DNA from: Anaeromyxobacteraceae bacterium
Lineage (GTDB): Bacteria > Myxococcota > Myxococcia > Myxococcales > Anaeromyxobacteraceae
DNA: 64,000 nt
Direction: 5' to 3'
NCBI GenBank assembly: GCA_047602405.1
Contig: JASGHJ010000001.1
Span: forward strand, 992,001 to 1,056,000
The position numbers were made by a program, and so were the translations under genes. Below are positions 51,736 through 64,000 of the stretch, piece after piece; within the stretch, counting starts at the first letter, position 1; every line of letters begins with the position of its first letter. The notes beneath the pieces were generated by a model that worked only from the letters and a program-made list of their open reading frames with translations, did no database searches and was not told the origin of the DNA.

Positions 51736-51784
51736 CCGCCCACCCCGAGCGTAGCCCCGCCGGAGGCGGGGCGGAGTCGAGGGG
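51736..51784 (+). repeat. Dispersed hairpin repeat family 1, copy 3 (just after the gyrA stop)
   Basis: CCGCCCACCCCGAGCGTA-GCCCCGCC gga GGCGGGGC-GGAGTCGAGGGG. Confidence 0.82.
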
Positions 51785-51792
51785 CCAGGACC

Positions 51793-54519
<2,727 letters not shown>

Positions 54520-54711
54520 GGGCGGGGTCGCTCGTCGAGGGCCTGAAGCGGTGCGTTGGAACGGGCCGGAGCGACTGGGTTTTCTACCAGAAACCCCCTG
54601 TTCCTTCAAGGGGATGAGCCCATATGACGAGCCGCCCCGTGTTCACACACGGTGCGGCTCGGCGCTGCGAAATCGCTGGGGTTCAGGGGCCTCGGATGGC
54701 CCCCGTTCGGG

Positions 54712-55110
54712 CTACCCGCCGCCGACGCGCATCCGGGCGGTGGCGCGCTTCACGCGGGCCGCCTCCTCCCGGTAGGCCTCGTCCTGCTCGGTCATCTTGA
54801 GCAGGCGGTTCTGGGCGTCCTCGAAGGCGCGCTTCGCGCGGTCGACGTCGATGTCGGCCGCCGCCTCGGCGGTGTCGGCGAGGACGATGACGCGGTTGTC
54901 GGCGACCTGGAAGAAGCCGCCGCCGATCGCGTAGCGGTGCTCCCGCCCGCCCTCGACGTAGACCAGCATCCCGGCCTCGAGCGCGGTCATGAACGGCTCG
55001 TGGTTGAGCCGTACGCCGAAGCCGCCGCCGGCGCCCGGCGCGCGCACCTCGTCGCACGTGACCGAGAGGACGCGGCGCTCCGGCGTGACGATGTCGAGTG
55101 TGAGGGCCAT
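54712..55110 (-). CDS. atpC: ATP synthase F1 epsilon
   Basis: IVTPER, GVRLNHEP, GGFFQV, DIDVDRA. Confidence 0.97.
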   Translation of the reverse strand: MALTLDIVTPERRVLSVTCDEVRAPGAGGGFGVRLNHEPFMTALEAGMLVYVEGGREHRYAIGGGFFQVADNRVIVLADTAEAAADIDVDRAKRAFEDAQNRLLKMTEQDEAYREEAARVKRATARMRVGGG

Positions 55111-55131
55111 GGTGCTCTCCCGGTCGACGGA

Positions 55132-56595
<1,464 letters not shown>

Positions 56596-56636
56596 TTAAG
56601 TTCCCTGAAGAGACGTGTTCCCGAAAGGCAAGAAGG

Positions 56637-57509
56637 CTACTTGAGCGCCTCGGCGCCGCCGACGATCTCCATGAGCTCCTTCGTCACGGCGGCCTGGCGG
56701 GCCCGGTTGTACTGAAGCGTGAGCAGGCCGATCATCTCCTCGGCGTTCTTCGTCGCGCTCTCCATCGCGCTCATGCGCGCGCCGTGCTCGGACGCGGCCG
56801 ACTCGAGGAGCGCGCGCCACACCTGCATCGCGATGTGGCGCGGGAGCAGGTCGGCGAGCAGCTGCTCGCGGGAGGGCTCGTACTTGAAGTCGATGTCCGC
56901 CTGGCCCGGCGCGGGCGGCGGCGTCTCGATCGGCAGGAGCTGGACCACCACCGGCTTCTGGGCGATCGCGCTCTTGAACTCGTTGTAGCAGAGGAAGACC
57001 GCGTCCACCTCGCCGGCGAGCCAGCGCTCGGAGTACTCCCGCGCGAGCTCCTCGGCCTTCTGGTACGCGAGGCCGGCGTGCACGCCGAGGTAGTCCTTGC
57101 GGACCGCGATGCGGCGGGCGCGGAAGTAGTCGCGGCCCTTGCGGCCGATGGTGGCGAGCTCGATCTTCGAGAAGCGCTCGCCGTTCTCCACCAGGAACCG
57201 CTGCGTGCGCCGGGCGATGTTGGAGTTGAAGCCGCCGGCGAGGCCACGGTCGGAGGTGATGACCACCACCTCGGCCGTCTTCTGCTCGCGCGCCCGGAGC
57301 AGCGGGTGCGCCGCCTGCTCCTCGCCCGCCGCCCGCGCGGCGACGCGCGAGAGGGTCTGGTCGAGGAGCTGGGCGTACGGCCTGGTCTTGAGGATGGCGT
57401 CCTGCGCGCGGCGGAGCTTCGCCGCGGCCACCATCTTCATGGCCTTCGTGATCTGGCGCGTCGACTTGACCGAGCCGATCCGGTTGCGGATGTCGCGAAG
57501 CGATGCCAT
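56637..57509 (-). CDS. atpG: ATP synthase F1 gamma
   Basis: [38 protein letters not shown]. Confidence 0.98.
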   Translation of the reverse strand: MASLRDIRNRIGSVKSTRQITKAMKMVAAAKLRRAQDAILKTRPYAQLLDQTLSRVAARAAGEEQAAHPLLRAREQKTAEVVVITSDRGLAGGFNSNIARRTQRFLVENGERFSKIELATIGRKGRDYFRARRIAVRKDYLGVHAGLAYQKAEELAREYSERWLAGEVDAVFLCYNEFKSAIAQKPVVVQLLPIETPPPAPGQADIDFKYEPSREQLLADLLPRHIAMQVWRALLESAASEHGARMSAMESATKNAEEMIGLLTLQYNRARQAAVTKELMEIVGGAEALK

Positions 57510-57522
57510 CCGTGCTCCCTCG

Positions 57523-59053
57523 CTACGCGGCCTGGAAGATGCCGCGGAACTCCTTCAGCGCGGCGTCGAGCTGCTTGCGGATGCCGTCGTCGAGCGCCTT
57601 CTTCTCCGCGATTGTCTTCGCGACCTCCGGGTGGCGGCCGTCGAGGAACTCCATGAGCTCCTTCATGTACCGGCCGACCTGGTTCGTCGGGACGTTGCGG
57701 ATCCAGCCCGTGCCGTTCTCGTCCTTCTGCGTGGCGGCGTAGATCTCGGATGACCTGCTTCTCGACCGGCATCGGGCTGTACTGGCCCTGCTTCAGGAGC
57801 TCGACGAGGCGCTCGCCGCGGGCGAGCGTGTCCTGGGTGGACTTGTCGAGGTCGGAGCCGAACTGGGCGAACGCGGCGAGCTCGCGGTACTGGGCGAGCT
57901 CGAGCTTCAGGGAGCCCGCGACCTGCTTCATCGCCTTGATCTGCGCGGAGCCGCCGACGCGGGACACCGAGATGCCGACGTTGATGGCCGGCCGGACGCC
58001 CTGGAAGAAGAGGTTCGACTCGAGGAAGATCTGGCCGTCGGTGATCGAGATGACGTTCGTCGGGATGTAGGCCGACACGTCACCGGCCTGCGTCTCGATG
58101 ATGGGGAGCGCGGTGAGCGACCCGCCACCCTCCTTGTCGGAGAGCTTCGCGGCGCGCTCGAGCAGGCGGCTGTGGAGGTAGAAGACGTCGCCCGGGTACG
58201 CCTCGCGGCCCGGCGGGCGGCGGAGGAGCAGGGAGAGCTGGCGGTACGCGACGGCCTGCTTCGAGAGGTCGTCGTACACGATGAGCGCGTGGCGGCCGGT
58301 GTCGCGGAAGTACTCGGCCATCGTCACGCCGGTGTACGGCGCGAGGTACTGCATCGGGGCCGGGTCGGACGCGTTCGCCGCGATGACCGTCGTGTACTCC
58401 ATCGCGCCGTACTGGCTGAGCTTGTCGACGACGCGGGCGACCGTGGACTGCTTCTGGCCGATGGCGACGTAGAAGCAGTGGAGGTTCTGCCCCTTGTTGT
58501 TGATGATCGTGTCGATCGCGACGGCGGTCTTGCCGGTCTGGCGGTCGCCGAGGATGAGCTCGCGCTGGCCGCGGCCGATCGGCACGAGGGCGTCGACGGC
58601 CTTCAGGCCGGTCTGCATCGGCTCGTGCACCGACTTGCGCTTCACGATGCCGGGGGCCTTGAGCTCGATCTTGCGGGTCTGCTTCGCGTTGATCGGGCCG
58701 CGGCCGTCGATCGGGTTGCCGAGGCCGTCCACCACGCGGCCGAGCAGCTCCTCGCCGACCGGCACCTCGGCGATCTTGCCGGTGCGCTTGACGGGGTCGC
58801 CCTCGCGGATGTGCTCGTACTCGCCCATGATCGCGGCGCCGACGTTGTCCTCCTCGAGGTTGAGGACGAGGCCGCGCACGCCGCCCGGGAACTCGAGCAG
58901 CTCGCCGGCGGCGGCGCCGGAGAGGCCGTAGATGCGCGCGACGCCGTCCGCCTGGCTCAGCACGGAGCCGGTCTCGGCGACGTCCACCTTCTTGCCGTAG
59001 TCCTTGATCTGCTCGCGGATGATGCGGCTGATCTCGTCGGCGCGGATTTCCAT
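57523..59053 (-). CDS. atpA: ATP synthase F1 alpha (one extra base at about 57747-57749)
   Basis: [20 protein letters not shown]; the native C-terminus (IYAATQKD...EFRGIFQAA*) continues in another frame to TAG at 57523-57525; span is 1531 nt = 3n+1. Confidence 0.95.
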
Positions 59054-59134
59054 CGGGCTGTTCTCCGGTGAGGCGGTGCGGGGTTGTTCTGTCGGCTTCG
59101 GCCGCTGCCGCGGCCTCCGCCCGGGAGCGTTCGG

Positions 59135-59674
59135 CTACTGCTTGAGCTCGCGGCGCAGGGCCTCGAGCTGGGACTTGATGGAGCCGTCGAAGACGAGCGA
59201 GCCGACGCGGGCGACGACGCCGCCCAGGAGCCCGGGGTCCACGGCGCGCTCGACGATGACCTGGTTCTTCGTGGCCCTCGAGAGCTTCTCGGCGAGCGCC
59301 TTCTCCGCGGCGGCGTCGAGCGGGACCGCGCTCGTGACCTGCGCGCGGATGCGGCCGAGCTTCGTGTCGGCGAGCTCGCGGAAGGTGCGGACGATGTCGC
59401 CGAGCGCGGCGAGGCGGTTCCGGTCGCCGAGGAGGAAGAGGAGGCTCGTCGGCTCCGCGTCGAGCTTCATCGCCCTCGCGAGGCCCGACACGATCTCCTT
59501 GCGCTGCTCGCGCGAGTAGACCGGGTTGGAGAGGACGTCCTCGAGGTCGGGAGAACCGTCGATGGCCGCCTGGAGCGCCACGAGGGCGTCCGACCAGGCC
59601 TCGACGCGGTTCTGTTCGACCGCCAGGCCGAACAGCGCCCGGGCGTACCGGCGAGCAATGGAACCGGAGGTCAT
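59135..59674 (-). CDS. atpH: ATP synthase F1 delta
   Basis: IARRYARALF, VTSAVPL, VDPGLLGG..VFDGSIK. Confidence 0.97.
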   Translation of the reverse strand: MTSGSIARRYARALFGLAVEQNRVEAWSDALVALQAAIDGSPDLEDVLSNPVYSREQRKEIVSGLARAMKLDAEPTSLLFLLGDRNRLAALGDIVRTFRELADTKLGRIRAQVTSAVPLDAAAEKALAEKLSRATKNQVIVERAVDPGLLGGVVARVGSLVFDGSIKSQLEALRRELKQ

Positions 59675-59751
59675 AGGGGGCTTGCGAGGTATCACGCCCC
59701 GAAGGGTGCGTCAAGGTGATTCACCCCGGGATTCGCGGGCTTGGACCTGAT

Positions 59752-59779
59752 TTGACAGTCGTCCCCCCCGCCTTACGTT
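59752..59779 (+). promoter_or_regulatory. Putative promoter of hsp20 (TTGACA-N16-TACGTT)
   Basis: Perfect -35 hexamer, 35 nt upstream of the ATG with AAGGAG SD. Confidence 0.55.
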
Positions 59780-59814
59780 CGCCTCGCAACAAGGTCCCGA
59801 AAGGAGAGAAAGAA

Positions 59815-60252
59815 ATGGCGATTCTGACCTGGCGTGAGCCGTTCCGCGATCTGGCGCGGCTCCAGGACGAGATGATGCGGGCGTTCGACGATCGCGGCTA
59901 CAGCGCGAGCGGTGAGTCCGTGGGCTGGACCCCGGCCGCCGACATCTACGAGGACTCGGAGGGCGTGTCCCTGCGCTTCGACCTCGCCGGCGTCGACCCG
60001 AAGGACGTCGACATCCGCTTCGAGAACGGCGTCCTCACCTTGAAGGGCGAGCGCAAGCTCGAGAAGGCCGATCAGCGGCAGAACTACCACCGCGTGGAGC
60101 TGGCGTACGGGACGTTCACCCGCTCGTTCTCGCTCCCCGGCACCGTCGACCCGGACAAGATCCGCGCCGAGGCCAAGAACGGCGTCCTGAACGTCTTCGT
60201 GCCGAAGCGCGCCGAGGCGAAGCCCCGCAGCATCCAGGTGAAGGTCAGCTGA
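59815..60252 (+). CDS. Small heat-shock protein (Hsp20/alpha-crystallin)
   Basis: PAADIYE, LTLKGER, YGTFTRSFSLP, NGVL, C-terminal IQV. Confidence 0.96.
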   Translation: MAILTWREPFRDLARLQDEMMRAFDDRGYSASGESVGWTPAADIYEDSEGVSLRFDLAGVDPKDVDIRFENGVLTLKGERKLEKADQRQNYHRVELAYGTFTRSFSLPGTVDPDKIRAEAKNGVLNVFVPKRAEAKPRSIQVKVS

Positions 60253-60257
60253 GCTTC

Positions 60258-60310
60258 CGGGGGCTGGCGCCCCCGCCCCGACCCGCGAAGCGGGATCGGG
60301 GCCCCACCCC
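60258..60310. repeat. Dispersed double-hairpin repeat family 2, copy 2 (3' of hsp20)
   Basis: Minus strand GGGGTGGGGCCCCG-hairpin-CGGGGCGGGGGCGC..GCCCCCG. Confidence 0.72.
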
Positions 60311-60333
60311 AGGAAAGGGCCCGGCTTGAGGGT

Positions 60334-60385
60334 CCACAAACGCCACGGGCGGCCCAGGACGGGCCGCCCGTGTGCCTTTTGTGGG
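60334..60385. terminator. Probable bidirectional terminator between hsp20 and the bactofilin gene
   Basis: CACGGGCGGCCC-aggac-GGGCCGCCCGTG flanked by ACAAA and TTTTGT. Confidence 0.72.
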
Positions 60386-60428
60386 CGTTCACCTAACGTG
60401 AACGCCTTCGCTCCGATGGGGCGAAGAA

Positions 60429-60477
60429 CCGACCGTCCCGAGCGTAGGCCCGCGCAGCGGGCCGGAGACGAGGGACG
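60429..60477 (+). repeat. Dispersed hairpin repeat family 1, copy 4
   Basis: CCGACCGTCCCGAGCGTA-GGCCCGC gca GCGGGCC-GGAGACGAGGGACG. Confidence 0.85.
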
Positions 60478-60494
60478 GACGAGGACCGCGCGGA

Positions 60495-60911
60495 CTACTT
60501 GACGGCCTGCACCGGCGCCGGGCTCGTGCTCGGCGCGGCGCCCTTCGCGTCCGCCATCTTGCACTGACCCTCGAACATGACGCCCTTCTCGATCATGAGC
60601 GAGGGCGCCTCGATGTTGCCGCGCACGCGCGCGGGGTGGTGCAGCTCGATGCCCGTCTTCGCGCGGACGTTCCCGTTGATCTCGCCGTGCACGATGATCG
60701 TGCCGCACTGGATCTCGGCCTGGATCTTCGCGCCCTCGCCGACGACGAGCACGTCGTTCGTGACGATGGTGCCGGTGAACTTCCCGTCGATGCGGACGGT
60801 CCCCTCGAAGGTGAGCTTGCCCTCGAACTCGGAGCCGCGGCCGAGGAGCGCGTTGAGCTCGCCGGTCGGGGTGGGGATGGAAGAGAGCTCCTCGCGCTTC
60901 AGCATGGCCAT
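60495..60911 (-). CDS. Bactofilin (polymer-forming cytoskeletal protein), in the BacM-like position downstream of parB
   Basis: LLGRGSEFEGKL..VRIDGKFTG..VHGEINGNV..IEKGVMFEGQC beta-helix pattern. Confidence 0.94.
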   Translation of the reverse strand: MAMLKREELSSIPTPTGELNALLGRGSEFEGKLTFEGTVRIDGKFTGTIVTNDVLVVGEGAKIQAEIQCGTIIVHGEINGNVRAKTGIELHHPARVRGNIEAPSLMIEKGVMFEGQCKMADAKGAAPSTSPAPVQAVK

Positions 60912-61111
60912 GGTTCCGTTCGCTCCTGTTCGTTGCGGCTTTGCTCGGGCGTCCCCGGTGCGGGAGAGCATTCTGTCCCGAGGACCGGGTCCAAGGCGAG
61001 ATCCCCGCCGCGGCCACTCCGGAAGGACGTCCTGCTCCACATGTGGGTGCAGCTGCCCCGCGGTGCGTCCTCGCGGGCGCCCGTCGCGACCGCCGCGCGG
61101 GACCGTACTGA

Positions 61112-61978
61112 CTACGCCCCGATCTTCGCGAGTATTCCGTCGAGCTCGTCGAGGGAGGTGTACTCGACCTCGAGCCGGCCGGCGGTGGCCGACTTCTGCA
61201 CGATCTTGCACCGCGCGCCGAGGCGGCGCGACAGGCGGCGGGTGAGGTCCTTCACCGCGGCGGACGGGGCGTCGGGCGCCTTCTTCCTCCCCTTCATGGC
61301 GCGCAGGCGGACGAGCGCCTCGGTCGCCCGCACGCTCAGCCCCTCGCGCACGGCCCGCGCCGCGAGCTTCCTCATCTCCTCGGCCGACTCGAGGCCGAGG
61401 ATTGCGCGCGCGTGGCCCATGTCGAGCTGGCCACCCTTCACGAGGTCGCGCACCTCGTTCGGGAGCTTGAGGAGCCGCAGCGCGTTCGCGACGGTGGAGC
61501 GGTCCTTGCCCACGCGCTTCGCGATGTCGTCCTGGGTCTGCCCGTCTCGCGAGAGGACCTCGTAGGCCTCGGCCTCCTCGATGGGGTTGAGGTCGGCGCG
61601 CTGCAGGTTCTCGACGAGCGCGAGCTCGAACGCCTGCCGGTCGGAGGCCTCGCGCACGACCGCGGGGAGCTCCTGCAGCCCGGCCCGCTGCGCGGCCCGC
61701 CAGCGCCGCTCGCCGGCGACGATGCGGTACTTCGCGCCGTGGCGGCGGACCAGGATCGGCTCGACCACGCCGTGCTCGCGGATCGACGCGGCGAGCTCCT
61801 CGAGCTTCGCCTCCTCGAACTGCTTGCGCGGCTGGGCGGCGCTCCGCTCGATCGCGTCGATCGGGAGCGTGAGCAGCGTGCGCCCGGCGATGGGGGTGAC
61901 GACGGCGCCGGGCGGCGGCGCGTTGGAGAGGAGCGCGGCCATGCCGCGCCCGAGGGCGGGGCGCTTCGTGGTGCTCAC
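61112..61978 (-). CDS. parB: Chromosome partitioning protein ParB
   Basis: ALGRGM, QPRKQF, AGERRWRAA, ENLQRADL, HTH RSTVANALRLL. Confidence 0.97.
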   Translation of the reverse strand: MSTTKRPALGRGMAALLSNAPPPGAVVTPIAGRTLLTLPIDAIERSAAQPRKQFEEAKLEELAASIREHGVVEPILVRRHGAKYRIVAGERRWRAAQRAGLQELPAVVREASDRQAFELALVENLQRADLNPIEEAEAYEVLSRDGQTQDDIAKRVGKDRSTVANALRLLKLPNEVRDLVKGGQLDMGHARAILGLESAEEMRKLAARAVREGLSVRATEALVRLRAMKGRKKAPDAPSAAVKDLTRRLSRRLGARCKIVQKSATAGRLEVEYTSLDELDGILAKIGA

Positions 61979-62745
61979 GCGAGGCCTCCGGCGCGCTGGG
62001 TCACCTCGCGCGCGAGCTCGAGGTAGCTCTGGCAGCCCTTCGACGCCACGTCGTAGAGCAGGATGGGCTTGCCGTGCGAGGGCGCCTCGGAGAGGCGCAC
62101 GTTGCGCGGGATGACGGTGTCGAAGACCTGGTCGGCGAAGGTCTTGCGGATCTCGTCGGCGACCTGGTTCGCGAGGTTGTTGGGCGAGAACATCGTCAGC
62201 ACGATCCCGTCGACGACGAGCTCCGGGTTCGCGCTGGCGCGGACGAGCTCGATGGTCTTGAGGACGTCGGCGAGCCCCTCGAGCGCGTAGTACTCGCACT
62301 GCAGCGGGATCATCGCGCCGCGCGCGGCGACGAGGCCGTTCACGGTGAGGAGGCCCAGCGACGGCGGGCAGTCGATGATGACGTACTCGTACTCGCCCGC
62401 GAGCTGGTCGACCGCGTGCTTGAGCCGGTACTCGCGCCCCTCCACCTCGGCGAGCTCGAGCTCGGCGCCGACGAGGTGCTTCGAGGCGGGCACGAGGTCG
62501 AGGAACTTGAGCTCGGTCTTCCGCACCGCCTCGCGCAGCGGCATGCCGTCGAGCAGCACCTCGTAGATGGACTTGTCGGAGTCGTCGCGCCGGATGCCGA
62601 GCGCGCTGCCCGCGTTGCCCTGCGGGTCGACGTCGATGAGGAGCGTCCGGCGCTCCGCCGCGGCGAGCGACGCCGCGAGGTTCACGGCGGTGGTGGTCTT
62701 GCCGACCCCGCCCTTCTGGTTCGCGATCGTGAGGATCCGGCTCAT
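61975..62745 (-). CDS. parA: Chromosome partitioning ATPase ParA/Soj
   Basis: NQKGGVGKTT, DVDPQGN, IDCPPSLG, QCEYYALEG, IPRNVRLSEAPS. Confidence 0.97.
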   Translation of the reverse strand: MSRILTIANQKGGVGKTTTAVNLAASLAAAERRTLLIDVDPQGNAGSALGIRRDDSDKSIYEVLLDGMPLREAVRKTELKFLDLVPASKHLVGAELELAEVEGREYRLKHAVDQLAGEYEYVIIDCPPSLGLLTVNGLVAARGAMIPLQCEYYALEGLADVLKTIELVRASANPELVVDGIVLTMFSPNNLANQVADEIRKTFADQVFDTVIPRNVRLSEAPSHGKPILLYDVASKGCQSYLELAREVTQRAGGLA

Positions 62746-62925
62746 CGACCCGGCGTCCACGAGCTTCGCCCCTGCCCTCTTCTTCACGTGTCGACCCCTT
62801 CCCTCACCCCGCGCCCCGGGAACGGTCCCCGGGGGCGCCGCGCGGCCGGTGGGACCGCGGGCGACGCATCCTCGCGGATCACCCTGACACCCGGGAAGGC
62901 CCCCGGGGCCCCCGGACCGGGGGGA

Positions 62926-62941
62926 TGTTCCACGTGGAACA
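62926..62941. promoter_or_regulatory. parS site 1 (perfect palindrome TGTTCCACGTGGAACA)
   Basis: Matches the widespread parS consensus, upstream of parA. Confidence 0.93.
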
Positions 62942-63187
62942 GGCGGGGCTTCCGGAGCTTTCCTTCCGCGGCCCCCCGGGTGCCGGACACACGAGGGGGT
63001 CACACGGCGAGCCCCCGCGGCATGGGTCGACAGGAAGCTCCCGTCCGCCGCGGCCCTCGTCGCCCTGACCGCCGCGCTCGCCCCCGGCCTGGCCCTCGCC
63101 GGCGGGACGACGACCGGGCCGGGCCCTACGCCTCCGTCTCCCTGACGTTTCGGGGCGCCCGAGCGTGACGCCCCGAGGCGTCCCGGG

Positions 63188-63203
63188 CGCTCCACGTGGA
63201 ACG
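63188..63203. promoter_or_regulatory. parS site 2 (CGCTCCACGTGGAACG)
   Basis: One core mismatch to the consensus. Confidence 0.82.
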
Positions 63204-63267
63204 TGTCCGGAGGGCGGGACGGTGGGAGCGCTCCCTGGCCCGGTGGCTGGGCCCCTGCCGGAGTCGA

Positions 63268-63283
63268 GGTTCCACGTGGAACG
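63268..63283. promoter_or_regulatory. parS site 3 (GGTTCCACGTGGAACG)
   Basis: Intact 14-bp core. Confidence 0.9.
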
Positions 63284-63477
63284 CCGGGTCACGCCGGGGC
63301 CCCTCGCGGGCCTCCCGACCTGCGGTGCTCCTCCGCCCCTGCTGCCCTCGTCGCCCGGGCCCTCGCGCTCACGCCGCGGGCCGCCTGCGGCGACGGGCAA
63401 GCGCCCGGGTTCCACGCCTCGGGCACCCCGTCCGCGGGATCGCGTGCCGGGGTCGGTCGGGGGCTCGTCTCCTGCGG

Positions 63478-63493
63478 TGTTCCACGTGAAACC
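63478..63493. promoter_or_regulatory. parS site 4 (TGTTCCACGTGAAACC)
   Basis: Consensus variant with GTGAAAC right half. Confidence 0.88.
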
Positions 63494-63553
63494 CCCGCAC
63501 CGAGACCCGTGTGACCGTCACCCCGGGCTGCCACTGCGCACCCGGGACCTGCC

Positions 63554-64000
63554 TCAGTTCGCCAGATCCGTGCTCGAGAACAGCGGCACGAGCGCGCCGT
63601 CCCTCCACTCGTGAAGCGTGACCCGGATCCCTCCGGCGTCGCAGCCCCCGGTGTTCGCCTGGACCAGCAGCCGGGCACCGAGGCGGTAGGCGTCCAGCAC
63701 CGTGGTGCAGAGCTGGAACGGGCCCACGATCCGCGCGCCGTCGACGACCACCACGGGCCCCTCCTGCACCACGCCCTCCGACCGCGACCTGAGCTGGACG
63801 TACATGGGGCCGCGGCCTCCGAAGGTGAAGACCTCGGCCGGCGCGCGGTCGGGGACCCGGGCCGCGTTGTTCGGGTCGGAGCGGATGACCTCCCGAGCCG
63901 CCTCCGACGTCGCGGCGCGCGCCGCGACGTCGCTCCGCTCCGGCTCCTCGACCGGGACCCGCGGGATGGGCTCGACCGCCTGCCGGGTCCCGACGAGGGC
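63554..64000 (-). CDS. Hypothetical protein, C-terminal part (runs off the window end)
   Basis: Frame is open from 64000 to the stop at 63554 with coding-like codon usage; no recognised domain. Confidence 0.6.
   Translation of the reverse strand, partial: ALVGTRQAVEPIPRVPVEEPERSDVAARAATSEAAREVIRSDPNNAARVPDRAPAEVFTFGGRGPMYVQLRSRSEGVVQEGPVVVVDGARIVGPFQLCTTVLDAYRLGARLLVQANTGGCDAGGIRVTLHEWRDGALVPLFSSTDLAN

Noticed and set aside
57437..57747. Unusual AtpA C-terminus (RDLRRHAEG...) overlapping atpG
   Set aside because: Product of the +1 frameshift; the normal C-terminus is in another frame
63408..63423. GGTTCCACG as a fifth parS
   Set aside because: Only a half-site; the right arm is missing

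Overview
Very GC-rich bacterial DNA. Gene content and order (mfd-PPIase-PPIase-surA-pdxA, split F0/F1 ATP synthase, bactofilin-parB-parA followed by parS sites) suggest an Anaeromyxobacter-like member of Myxococcota, probably near the chromosome origin (inference). The core genes are dnaJ, dnaK, grpE, hrcA, mfd, three parvulin/SurA foldases, pdxA, ychF, atp genes, hemL, gyrA, an Hsp20, a bactofilin, parAB and four parS sites. Accessory blocks interrupt the hrcA-grpE-dnaK-dnaJ order. The most striking is a chemosensory locus with back-to-back sigma54-like promoters. It encodes a normal P2-less CheA plus a second, apparently kinase-dead CheA carrying a tandem MshEN (c-di-GMP-binding) motif. Also present are two tandem GH3-fold lipoproteins that have lost the catalytic motifs, a lipoprotein with eight GxDx4TxDD loops, a 24-aa unannotated ORF ahead of a GcvH-like protein, a pair of small Cys-rich lipoprotein paralogues, and a small-gene/nucleotidyltransferase pair. 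Two dispersed hairpin repeat families occur, one with a copy inserted in frame in pdxA. A +1 frameshift in essential atpA suggests the assembly contains indel errors. I saw no rRNA, tRNA, CRISPR array, transposase or integrase. All calls are by eye; no database searches were run.
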